From: an uncultured Bacilli bacterium
Lineage (GTDB): Bacteria; Bacillota_I; Bacilli_A; RF39; UBA660
DNA length: 53,234 nucleotides
Assembly: GCA_947632715.1 (NCBI GenBank)
Contig: CANRQF010000001.1
Span: 1 to 53,234, forward strand
Direction of reading: 5' to 3'
Position numbers and translations under genes: made by a program
The notes under the pieces: model-generated
Databases searched by the model: none
The model's input: only the letters and a program-made list of their open reading frames with translations
What the model was told of the DNA's origin: nothing
Shown: positions 45,122 through 53,234 of the stretch, in pieces
How the letters are laid out: every line of letters begins with the position of its first letter
How positions within the stretch are numbered: the stretch's first letter is position 1

Positions 45122-46774
45122 CTACTTAAATAAATCTTTTATTATGATTTCTGAATTATCATAAAATTCATCATATTCTTCATCATTTTTAACTTCTGCT
45201 AACATATAAATATTATCATTATATTGCATATATATTTTACTATTCATCATATTTATATGTAATCCTAAAGTATCTTTTTTATATTCATCATGATCCATAT
45301 ATAATTCCATATTTTTAACTAAATTTTCTTTAGTATCATATTTTAAATACTCATATGGAATATAATCATATATTTTATCTGTTAATATATCTTGTAATTT
45401 AACTTCTTTATTATTAGAAATAAGTTCATATGTAAATTCATTCTTACTTAACTTTTCATCAATAAAATCATAACCATCAAAATCTGTTATACTATAAGCT
45501 CCCTCTGATGCATCAAATCTTTTATAACTATTTAAATATATATCTTTACGATATTTATTATAATCACTTTTACTAAGTTCATAATTGTAGTTATTACAAG
45601 CAAAATAATAATATTCTTTTGGATATAAATAATATGTTTCACAGCTTACTTTATAAACACTATTTTCTTTTCTATTCTTTTTCAAATTATCTACTATATT
45701 ATCTGTATATTCTTTAGCATTATCAGTATAAGAAGTTATAGAAATATCATAAATAGTATTATCTATTTCTTTAAAATATTGACAATTATCATATTCACAT
45801 TCGGATAAATAAGTATAATCATCAAATTCATTAAATTTTCTTTCTATTTCTTTTGATTTATTAACAAATATATTATTATTATTTTTAAATTTATCATATA
45901 TTATTAAATTATCAACCATATCTATATAATTTAAAGTAAGTCTATAATTTTTATCATATTTTTCTTTTAAATAATAAGTTTCATATTCTCCCCTTATTAA
46001 CTCACAATCTTTATTATTTTGACATTCTTTATCATAATCATCAATAATTAAAGGATTATAAACATATACATTATTAAAATATAAATTTAAAGTAGCATTT
46101 CTAAATGAGAATAAATAATCATTTTTATTAAATGAATTCATAACTGATAAAGTACTATCTTCAACTTTACTATAATCTTTATTTATATTACAATCATAAC
46201 AATAATTATAAGTATCTCCTAAAGTGAAATAGATATTATCTTCTGTTTCTTTATAAACTAATTCTTTTAATTTATCTATATCATTTATAACATCTTCAAT
46301 AGTTATACTACTTCCTGTATTTAAATCAATATTTAATGTATCTAATACTAATCCATCATAATATATTAAAGCATCTTCATAATTATCAATATCTTCATCT
46401 ATTAAAATAAATTCAATTGATAAAGTATTTTCAAATCCTAAGTAATTAGATGTAAATAATGTATGTTTATTTAAATCTACTTCTTTACTTAATTTTTCTA
46501 TTTTACTTTTTACCTCTTCATTTATTTTCTCTTCTATTTTTTTATCCTTTAAACCATTTATACTTATATAATAAATATTTTTATTATTATTTAAATTATG
46601 TACTTCATAAGTTAAAGGATTTTCTAAATAGGATTTAGTTATATCAACTAAATATTTTTGATTATTTACTTTTTTAATTTCATCATTATTATTTGTTACA
46701 TAATAGTATAATTCAAATCCTATAATACCTAATAATATTATAATAATTAAACTTAAAAATGCCTTCTTTTTCAT
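45122..46774 (-). CDS. hypothetical N-terminally anchored Y/N/D-rich extracytoplasmic protein
   Basis: Long ORF with a single N-terminal TM helix. ISINGLKDKKIEEKINEEVK weakly recalls DUF4163/RsiV-like domains. Confidence 0.5.
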   Translation of the reverse strand: MKKKAFLSLIIIILLGIIGFELYYYVTNNNDEIKKVNNQKYLVDITKSYLENPLTYEVHNLNNNKNIYYISINGLKDKKIEEKINEEVKSKIEKLSKEVDLNKHTLFTSNYLGFENTLSIEFILIDEDIDNYEDALIYYDGLVLDTLNIDLNTGSSITIEDVINDIDKLKELVYKETEDNIYFTLGDTYNYCYDCNINKDYSKVEDSTLSVMNSFNKNDYLFSFRNATLNLYFNNVYVYNPLIIDDYDKECQNNKDCELIRGEYETYYLKEKYDKNYRLTLNYIDMVDNLIIYDKFKNNNNIFVNKSKEIERKFNEFDDYTYLSECEYDNCQYFKEIDNTIYDISITSYTDNAKEYTDNIVDNLKKNRKENSVYKVSCETYYLYPKEYYYFACNNYNYELSKSDYNKYRKDIYLNSYKRFDASEGAYSITDFDGYDFIDEKLSKNEFTYELISNNKEVKLQDILTDKIYDYIPYEYLKYDTKENLVKNMELYMDHDEYKKDTLGLHINMMNSKIYMQYNDNIYMLAEVKNDEEYDEFYDNSEIIIKDLFK

Positions 46775-46786
46775 AAATACCCCTCA

Positions 46787-47608
46787 TTATTCTTTAATAA
46801 ACTTTAAATAATTTTCATATCTTGATAATAATATTTTATTATTTTTAACTTCATTTATTATTTCACAACCATCTTCACAAATATGTTTACAATCATTATA
46901 TTTACATTCTTTATCTCTGAATTCTATAAAACTATTTTTTATTTCTTCTTTATTATAATTATTAATATCTATTGAAGAAAATCCTGGTGTATCAATAATA
47001 TATAAATCATCTACTTCATATAAAGAAACTAGTCTAGTAGTGTGTTTTCCTCTTCCTAGACTTTTTGATATTTCATTTGTTTCTAAGTTTAAATCTTTAT
47101 CAAATTTATTAATAAGCGTACTCTTTCCTGCTCCCGTTTGACCACACACAGTAACTATTTTCTTACTTAAATATTTTTTTATTTTCTTAATATCATTATT
47201 ATTAAATACTTTAATTCCTATACTTTCATAATACTTCATTATTTTATTAACATTTTTTATTTCTTCTTCTATAGCTAAATCCATTTTAGTTAAAATAATA
47301 ACTGGTTCTATTTTATTTATTGTTATAATACTTATTAATTTATCAAGTAAAGTATAGTTGATATCTGGTTCTTTAATACTAGTAACTATTAATGCTACAT
47401 CAATATTAGCGACATTTGGTCTTAGTAGATAATTTTTTCTATCTTTAACACTTTCAATAGTATTATTTTTAGTATCTACTAAGACTATATCTCCCACTAA
47501 AAGTTTAGTATTTTTAAGTTTTCCTCTAACTTTACAATTATATGTATTCTTATCTACTTTAACAGTAAATAAGTCACTATTAATTTTAATTATTAATCCT
47601 TCTAACAT
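46787..47608 (-). CDS. rsgA: ribosome small subunit-dependent GTPase A
   Basis: Circularly permuted GTPase with GQTGAGKSTLIN and a C-terminal Cys cluster CKYNDCKHICEDGC. Confidence 0.9.
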   Translation of the reverse strand: MLEGLIIKINSDLFTVKVDKNTYNCKVRGKLKNTKLLVGDIVLVDTKNNTIESVKDRKNYLLRPNVANIDVALIVTSIKEPDINYTLLDKLISIITINKIEPVIILTKMDLAIEEEIKNVNKIMKYYESIGIKVFNNNDIKKIKKYLSKKIVTVCGQTGAGKSTLINKFDKDLNLETNEISKSLGRGKHTTRLVSLYEVDDLYIIDTPGFSSIDINNYNKEEIKNSFIEFRDKECKYNDCKHICEDGCEIINEVKNNKILLSRYENYLKFIKE

Positions 47609-49377
47609 AAACCATCGTCACAACTTGGTTCTTCCGTAGTATTATCTGATTGATAAACCCAAATAGTAAATGTTGCTCCACTCGTTACTGGCGTTCCTGC
47701 TTCTCTACTTTGTTTATAAATTGTACCATCTAAATTAGTCTCACTTATAGTATATTTTACATCTAAAATAACACCTTGATCTTTGCAGAAACTTTCAACA
47801 TCAGAAACAGCATAAGTACCATCAGTAAAATCTGGATAAGCTGCCCCAACAATAGCTTTATAAATAGTAATTCCTTCACCTTTTTTAAGAGATTTACCTG
47901 CTTCAACAGATTGTCTTACTATTTCATCATTTTCAAATTCACTTTCGGGATCATCAATTATCTCATCTTCGACATTGACAATAATACCTCTTGCTTCTAA
48001 AGATCCTTTTATTAAATTATAATTTTGGCCAGTATAATCTTCAATTAAAATTGTTTCATCACCAGTTGAAATATATAATTTTACTTCTGATCCTTTCTTT
48101 CTTTTTGTTCCCTCTAAAGGAGAAGTTTTAGCAACTTTACCTACTTCTACATTTTTAGATGCAATACTGTCTTCATCATCTGATACAGTAAATCCAGCAT
48201 CTTGTAGAACTTTTACTGCTTCACTTGGCTCTAAATTTGTTACATCTGGCACTAATATATCTTCTCTTTGATTTAAAAAGATTATGAGTACAAAGACTAA
48301 AGTAACTACAATAATTAAGCCAACAAATACTGCTGCTAGTTTAATTAAAATTCCATTTTGTTTTTTCATATCATCACCCGTTATCTTTTTAACAATTATT
48401 TCATCATTTTCTTCTTTTTTATTATTATCAATATTTTTTTCAACATTCTTTTTTACTTCTTTTTCTTTAACTTCCGTTTTAACTTGTTTAAGTATTTTTG
48501 TATCATCACTAATCTCTTGATATTTTAATTTAATTTTTTCTTCATTAGCCCTTGATGGATCTAAGCAAGTTTTTAAATCTTCATGCATTTCTCTAGCATC
48601 GGCATATCTATTTTTAGGATTTTTAGCTGTTGCTTTAATTATAATATTCTCAACACTTTGAGGAATATTTGGTAATTCATCACGAATACTTGGAAGTGGT
48701 TCTTTTAAATGTTTAAGAGCAATTTCGACAGCATTCTCACCTTTAAATGGCAATTTACCAGTTAAAAGTTCATAAAATAATATCCCAATTGAATATATAT
48801 CACTTTGTAAGGTTGCCCCTTTTCCACTTGCTTGTTCTGGTGGTAAATAATGAACACTACCCATTACGGAATTAGTTTGCGTAAGTTGAGTTGAATTTAT
48901 AGCCATGGCAATACCAAAATCAGTAATTTTTACTAAACCATTTTCGAGTATCATAATATTTTGAGGTTTAATATCACGGTGAATAATATAAGAATCATGA
49001 GCAACAGATAAACCATCAGTAATTTGAAGAACGATATCTACTGCTTCCGATACAGTTAAACTACCTCTTTTTTTAAGTAAATCTTTTAAATGTTTACCTT
49101 CAATATATTCCATTACAATATAGTATTCGCCATTATCTTCCCCAACATCATATACTTCAACTATATTAGGATTAGATAAACTAGATGCTGCTAAAGCTTC
49201 TCTTTGAAATCTTCTTACAAACTTTTCATCATTAGCAAGATCTCCTCTTAAAACTTTTACAGCTACATTTCTATCTAAAATTGTGTCATATGCTAAATAA
49301 ACATTAGCCATTCCACCTTCACCAATACTTTTTATAAGTTGGTAGCGATCACTAATCTTTTGCCCTTTCATTACCAT
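47602..49377 (-). CDS. prkC: Ser/Thr protein kinase with extracellular PASTA repeats
   Basis: Kinase motifs HRDIKPQN and DFG. One TM helix, then PASTA-like repeats. Confidence 0.9.
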   Translation of the reverse strand: MVMKGQKISDRYQLIKSIGEGGMANVYLAYDTILDRNVAVKVLRGDLANDEKFVRRFQREALAASSLSNPNIVEVYDVGEDNGEYYIVMEYIEGKHLKDLLKKRGSLTVSEAVDIVLQITDGLSVAHDSYIIHRDIKPQNIMILENGLVKITDFGIAMAINSTQLTQTNSVMGSVHYLPPEQASGKGATLQSDIYSIGILFYELLTGKLPFKGENAVEIALKHLKEPLPSIRDELPNIPQSVENIIIKATAKNPKNRYADAREMHEDLKTCLDPSRANEEKIKLKYQEISDDTKILKQVKTEVKEKEVKKNVEKNIDNNKKEENDEIIVKKITGDDMKKQNGILIKLAAVFVGLIIVVTLVFVLIIFLNQREDILVPDVTNLEPSEAVKVLQDAGFTVSDDEDSIASKNVEVGKVAKTSPLEGTKRKKGSEVKLYISTGDETILIEDYTGQNYNLIKGSLEARGIIVNVEDEIIDDPESEFENDEIVRQSVEAGKSLKKGEGITIYKAIVGAAYPDFTDGTYAVSDVESFCKDQGVILDVKYTISETNLDGTIYKQSREAGTPVTSGATFTIWVYQSDNTTEEPSCDDGLC

Positions 49378-49380
49378 CTT

Positions 49381-50127
49381 TTATTCACCATTCCTCGTTA
49401 AATATGCTATAGAGACATTATCTAGTCCTCCTCTAGCATTACATTTTCTAATTAATTTATCTACTTTTTCACTAATTTCTAATTCATCATCAATTAAAAC
49501 TTTTTCAATTTGTTCATCCGTAAGCATTGTTGTAAGTCCATCACTACATAACATAATTGCTTCAATATCTTCCATATCAACAACTTCAAAGATATCTAAA
49601 TCAACTTTTTCACTTGCTCCAAGTGCTTTCATTAAAACATTTCTTTTTGGATGAGTTTTAGCTTCATTTTCTGTTAAATTTCCTACATCTACTAACAAAT
49701 TAACTAAAGTATGATCTTTTGTAACTTTATGTAATTTTTTATTTTTATTAATAACATAACCGGAAGAATCACCAATATTTCCAAATATTAAAAATGAACT
49801 AGTAAGAAGTGCTACAACAACTGTTGTACCAAGCCCTTTAGAATCAACATTTTCTTCTCCATAAGTTAAAATATCTTGATTAATTTCATTAATATTATCA
49901 TTAAGCCAATTAATCGCATCTAACTTTGAACCAATACTCGGAATTTCATTAAAACGACTTCCAAGTTTGGTAACAACGATACTTGATGCTACTTCTCCTT
50001 TTCTGTGTCCACCCATACCATCTGCTACTACTAATAAATATTCATCACTTTCATTTTTTAAAATAGTAACACTATCTTCATTATGGCTTCTAACACGACC
50101 TGAATCTGTCATATAACAAGTTTTCAT
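49381..50127 (-). CDS. stp: PP2C-family Ser/Thr phosphatase
   Basis: Motifs NEDS, ADGMGGH and DGL. Lies directly upstream of prkC. Confidence 0.9.
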   Translation of the reverse strand: MKTCYMTDSGRVRSHNEDSVTILKNESDEYLLVVADGMGGHRKGEVASSIVVTKLGSRFNEIPSIGSKLDAINWLNDNINEINQDILTYGEENVDSKGLGTTVVVALLTSSFLIFGNIGDSSGYVINKNKKLHKVTKDHTLVNLLVDVGNLTENEAKTHPKRNVLMKALGASEKVDLDIFEVVDMEDIEAIMLCSDGLTTMLTDEQIEKVLIDDELEISEKVDKLIRKCNARGGLDNVSIAYLTRNGE

Positions 50128-50130
50128 ATT

Positions 50131-51141
50131 CTACACCTCTTTACTTCTAAGTTGACCACACGCAGCACTTATGTTACCCCCAAATTCTTTTCTAACTGTA
50201 ACATTTATCCCATTATCTATTAATGTATCTTTAAATTCTTTTATTCTTGTACTTTTTGCAAAATCTATATTTTTAGTTTCATTATAAGGTATTAGATTAA
50301 CATAAACATTCATGCCTTTTAAAAGTTTAGCAAGCTCTAAAGCATTGTCTTTGCTATCATTTACCATATTAAGCATAACATATTCTATAGTAACTCGTCT
50401 ATTAGTTTTTGCAATATATTTTCTTAAAGCCTCAATTACTTTACTTATATTATACACTTTATTTATAGGCATTATTTTATCTCTTATTGTATCATTCGGA
50501 GCATGTAAACTTAAAGCTAGATTAACTTGTAAATCTAAATTACTATATTCTTCTATTTTTGGTACTAATCCACATGTTGAAACAGTTATATGTCTTGCTC
50601 CAATCGATAAACCTTTTGGATGATTAATGATTCTAATAAAATTAATTAAATTATCATAATTATCAAATGGTTCTCCTATTCCCATAACAACAACTGAATT
50701 TACTTTTTCTTTAATATCTTCTTCAATTAAAATAATTTGTTCCACCATTTCATAAGTTTCTAAGTTTCTAACTTTTTTAAGACGACCACTTTCACAAAAT
50801 TTGCATCCCATATTACAACCAACTTGACTAGAAATACAAACACTTAAACCATAATCATGATACATTAAAACTGCTTCAACATAATTATTGTCTAAAAGTT
50901 CAAATAAATATTTTTTAACTCCCGTACCATCTTCTCTTTTTTTTATTTTAATAAAATTAATAGTATACTCTTCTTTTAATTTATTTCTTAAATCTTTATT
51001 TATATTAGAAAAATTATCTATATTATATTCTTTATGAATATATAACCATTCAAAAATTTGGGTAGCTTTATATTTCTTTTCACCCATATCTATAAAATAA
51101 TTTTCTAAATCTTCAATTTTTAAATTCATTAAATTCTTCAT
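50131..51141 (-). CDS. rlmN: 23S rRNA/tRNA adenine-C2 methyltransferase RlmN (radical SAM)
   Basis: Radical SAM CNMGCKFC and a C-terminal conserved Cys (ISAACGQL). Confidence 0.9.
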   Translation of the reverse strand: MKNLMNLKIEDLENYFIDMGEKKYKATQIFEWLYIHKEYNIDNFSNINKDLRNKLKEEYTINFIKIKKREDGTGVKKYLFELLDNNYVEAVLMYHDYGLSVCISSQVGCNMGCKFCESGRLKKVRNLETYEMVEQIILIEEDIKEKVNSVVVMGIGEPFDNYDNLINFIRIINHPKGLSIGARHITVSTCGLVPKIEEYSNLDLQVNLALSLHAPNDTIRDKIMPINKVYNISKVIEALRKYIAKTNRRVTIEYVMLNMVNDSKDNALELAKLLKGMNVYVNLIPYNETKNIDFAKSTRIKEFKDTLIDNGINVTVRKEFGGNISAACGQLRSKEV

Positions 51142-51194
51142 AACTTAATTTTACTATAAAATGAGTAATTTGTAACGAAAAATGTCATTTTTTG

Positions 51195-51310
51195 CAAAAA
51201 AAAGAAAGGCATATGCCTCTCAAGGTAATTAGGTACGAGATATTGTACCTGTTAATTGTGGTATGTTTTAAAGTCTTCATCTGACTCGTTAATTTCTTAA
51301 CAAGACTAAG
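51195..51310 (-). ncRNA. candidate small RNA or leader: three hairpins ending in an intrinsic terminator
   Basis: On the minus strand, AGTCTT..AAGACT (51272-51307), AGGTAC..GTACCT (51231-51250), then AGGCATATGCCT (51207-51218) followed by TTCTTTTTTTT. Confidence 0.3.
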
Positions 51311-51464
51311 TATATCATAATATTTTAAAGATAACAAGTACTTTTGTATAAATTTGTACACATTTTTTTAACAATAAATTTTTAAAGTGTAATTGTCCAA
51401 ATATATCCACATTTTAATTTTCTTCATAAATTAACATTTATAATATCTTAAAGAAAGTGAAATT

Positions 51465-51899
51465 ATGGAAAAATTAAGAAATTTACGGGAAGATGCCGAA
51501 CTAACTCAAGAAGATATTGCCAATATCTTAGGAATTCATAGGTCTACGTATACCTCCTATGAAATAGAAAGAGATACTATGCCCATAAATCACTTAAATA
51601 CATTATGTAATTATTTTAACGTATCGATTGATTATGTTTTAGGTTTTAATACTAAAATGCAATATCCCCATAATAGAAAAAATATTGATAAAAAATTACT
51701 AACGTCAAGACTTAAGGACTTTCGTAAAAATAATCATTTAACACAAAAACAAATTGCGGAAATATTTAAAATATCAAGAAGTACTTGGACCGGTTATGAA
51801 TATGGTCATTATCAAATACCTACTCTAATTCTTTTTACAATTGCTAAAGATTATCATGTAAGTATTGATTATTTATTAGGAAAAATAGACGAATATTAA
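51465..51899 (+). CDS. XRE-family regulator with two tandem HTH domains
   Basis: Two HTH_3-like units: LTQEDIANILGIHRSTYTSYE and LTQKQIAEIFKISRSTWTGYE. Confidence 0.75.
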   Translation: MEKLRNLREDAELTQEDIANILGIHRSTYTSYEIERDTMPINHLNTLCNYFNVSIDYVLGFNTKMQYPHNRKNIDKKLLTSRLKDFRKNNHLTQKQIAEIFKISRSTWTGYEYGHYQIPTLILFTIAKDYHVSIDYLLGKIDEY

Positions 51900-51951
51900 T
51901 AACATAAAATCCTTTTTTTCATAAAATACTATGATACGAAAGGATGGTATA

Positions 51952-52158
51952 ATGTCTAAAGGAATACTAACAGCAAGAGAACAAGAAGTTTTTGAATTAT
52001 TAGTACTAAATAAAACAACCAAAGAAATAGCAAAACAATTAAAAATTAGTGAAAAAACAGTTAGAAATCATATCTCAAACACAATGCAAAAATTAGGAGT
52101 TAAAAGTCGTGCTCAAGCTGTCGTTGAATTACTTAAATTAGGAGAATTAACTATTTAA
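51952..52158 (+). CDS. LuxR/GerE-type single-domain HTH regulator
   Basis: LTAREQEVFELL...TKEIAKQLKISEKTVRNHISNTMQKLGV. I prefer the ATG at 51952 (AAAGGA SD-like sequence upstream). Confidence 0.75.
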   Translation: MSKGILTAREQEVFELLVLNKTTKEIAKQLKISEKTVRNHISNTMQKLGVKSRAQAVVELLKLGELTI

Positions 52159-52217
52159 TTCTCTTTTTAAATGTTTTATTTTCCCTTATTAATAATATAA
52201 TTAATTAAGGTGACAAT

Positions 52218-53150
52218 ATGTTAAAAAAAATAGCAATTAAAAAAATTTTGATTGTATCTTTAGCTTTTATAATCTTATTAATACTTTATTTTTTTCCTGC
52301 TAAAGATGAAAATAACTTTACTTCTTCTCTTTCCTATGTCAATCCTACAACTATACCTATTTATTTAGTAGATCAAAATAATTTAGTATCTCGATTTGAG
52401 ATAATTCAAAAAAGTAATAACACGATGGAATTAATTGATGAAATAATTAACAATTTAATTATTAATAATTTTGATAACAATTATATACCTGATAATTTTA
52501 AAAAAATAATTCCCGAAAATACAAAAATAATTAGTAAAGATTTAAATGATGGTTTACTTAAAATAAATTTTAGTAAAGAAATATTAAATGTTTCTTTAGA
52601 AGATGAAGAAAAAATGCTTGAATCAATTATTTACTCTCTAACAGAAATAAAAGATATTAAAAAAATAATGATTTTTGTTGAAGATGAACAATTAACTAAA
52701 TTACCTAATAGTAAAAAAACTATTCCAACTATTTTAGATCGCAGTTATGGTATTAATAAAATATATGATTTAACAAGTATGAAAGATATTAATAAAGTTA
52801 CCACTTATTATGTTAGTAAATTTGATAATTTATCTTATTATACTCCCATAACTTCTTATACTAATACTAAAAAAGAAAAAGTTGAAATAATTATTGAAAA
52901 ACTAAAAACATCACCTACATATGATACTAATTTAGTAAGTTATTTAAATGCATCTGCTGAACTTTTAAAATATGAAATATTAGAAAATAGTGTTAATTTA
53001 AGTTTTAATAATGAAATATTAAATTTAAATAATAACTCTATAATTGAAGAAGTAAAATATTCAATTGCCCTTTCCATTAGAGATACTTATGATATTTATG
53101 AAACTATTTTCTTTGTTGATGATATTTTAATGGATGCTCATTTTATTTAA
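52218..53150 (+). CDS. GerM-like (GerMN domain) sporulation/germination protein, N-terminally anchored
   Basis: N-terminal TM. Two repeated modules with a GerMN-like pattern (IPIYLVD..., LKINFSKEI, VNLSFNNEI). Confidence 0.6.
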   Translation: MLKKIAIKKILIVSLAFIILLILYFFPAKDENNFTSSLSYVNPTTIPIYLVDQNNLVSRFEIIQKSNNTMELIDEIINNLIINNFDNNYIPDNFKKIIPENTKIISKDLNDGLLKINFSKEILNVSLEDEEKMLESIIYSLTEIKDIKKIMIFVEDEQLTKLPNSKKTIPTILDRSYGINKIYDLTSMKDINKVTTYYVSKFDNLSYYTPITSYTNTKKEKVEIIIEKLKTSPTYDTNLVSYLNASAELLKYEILENSVNLSFNNEILNLNNNSIIEEVKYSIALSIRDTYDIYETIFFVDDILMDAHFI

Positions 53151-53174
53151 GTTAGCCTAAAAGCTAACTTTTTA
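53151..53174 (+). terminator. intrinsic terminator after the GerM-like gene
   Basis: Hairpin GTTAGC-CTAAAA-GCTAAC followed by TTTTT. Confidence 0.6.
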
Positions 53175-53217
53175 TTGAAATATTATTTCTTTTGTTATAT
53201 AATTAACTTGTTCAGTT

Positions 53218-53234
53218 GTCCCCGTAGCTCAGCT
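53218..53234 (+). tRNA. 5' end of a tRNA gene, truncated by the window edge
   Basis: GTCCCCG-TA-GCTCAGCT matches an acceptor arm, U8/A9 and D-arm consensus. The anticodon is not visible. Confidence 0.55.

Noticed and set aside
1-53234. Mollicute-type genetic code 4 (TGA read as Trp), given the extreme AT-richness
   Set aside because: Long ORFs are intact under code 11. TGA is used as a genuine stop, for example for the ATP-grasp gene at 22542-22544, 7 nt before the next start.

Overview
This is a very AT-rich chromosomal segment that uses the standard genetic code (TGA serves as a stop, for example at 22542-22544). It comes from a low-GC Firmicute. The gene set suggests a spore-forming Bacilli/Erysipelotrichia-like organism: ezrA, prsA, the rlmN-stp-prkC-rsgA...rpe block, a GerM-like protein, a GerE-like regulator and two YjcZ-like sporulation micro-proteins.

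Most of the window is housekeeping, largely on the minus strand: ackA, nrnA, recX, thiI plus a cysteine desulfurase, ezrA, pyrG, miaB, serS with a T-box leader, mscL, rpe, rsgA, prkC, stp and rlmN.

The best candidate for an undescribed system is 21.2-29.2 kb. It holds two minus-strand transcription units with sigma-A-like promoters and paralogous terminators:
- Three paralogous, cysteine-rich, N-terminally anchored modular proteins that I cannot assign to any family.
- Between them, a tight operon of an AsnB-like amidotransferase, an alanine-racemase-fold enzyme and a D-aspartate-ligase-like ATP-grasp. Together these look like a non-canonical D-amino-acid branch or cross-bridge tailoring pathway for the cell envelope.

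Other notable items:
- An adjacent cohesin-like/dockerin gene pair (0.2-3.5 kb).
- A single AAA+/DUF4143-type ATPase cassette flanked by about 122-nt direct repeats that include a decayed copy of the serS 3' end (39.8-41.4 kb).
- An Rpn-like PD-(D/E)XK gene with a partial tandem duplicate and in-frame repeat expansion (12.2-13.5 kb).
- Two unannotated micro-ORFs (7.8-8.0 kb).
- Several leader, attenuator or sRNA-like structures.

All family assignments come from motif recognition by eye. No database search was run.
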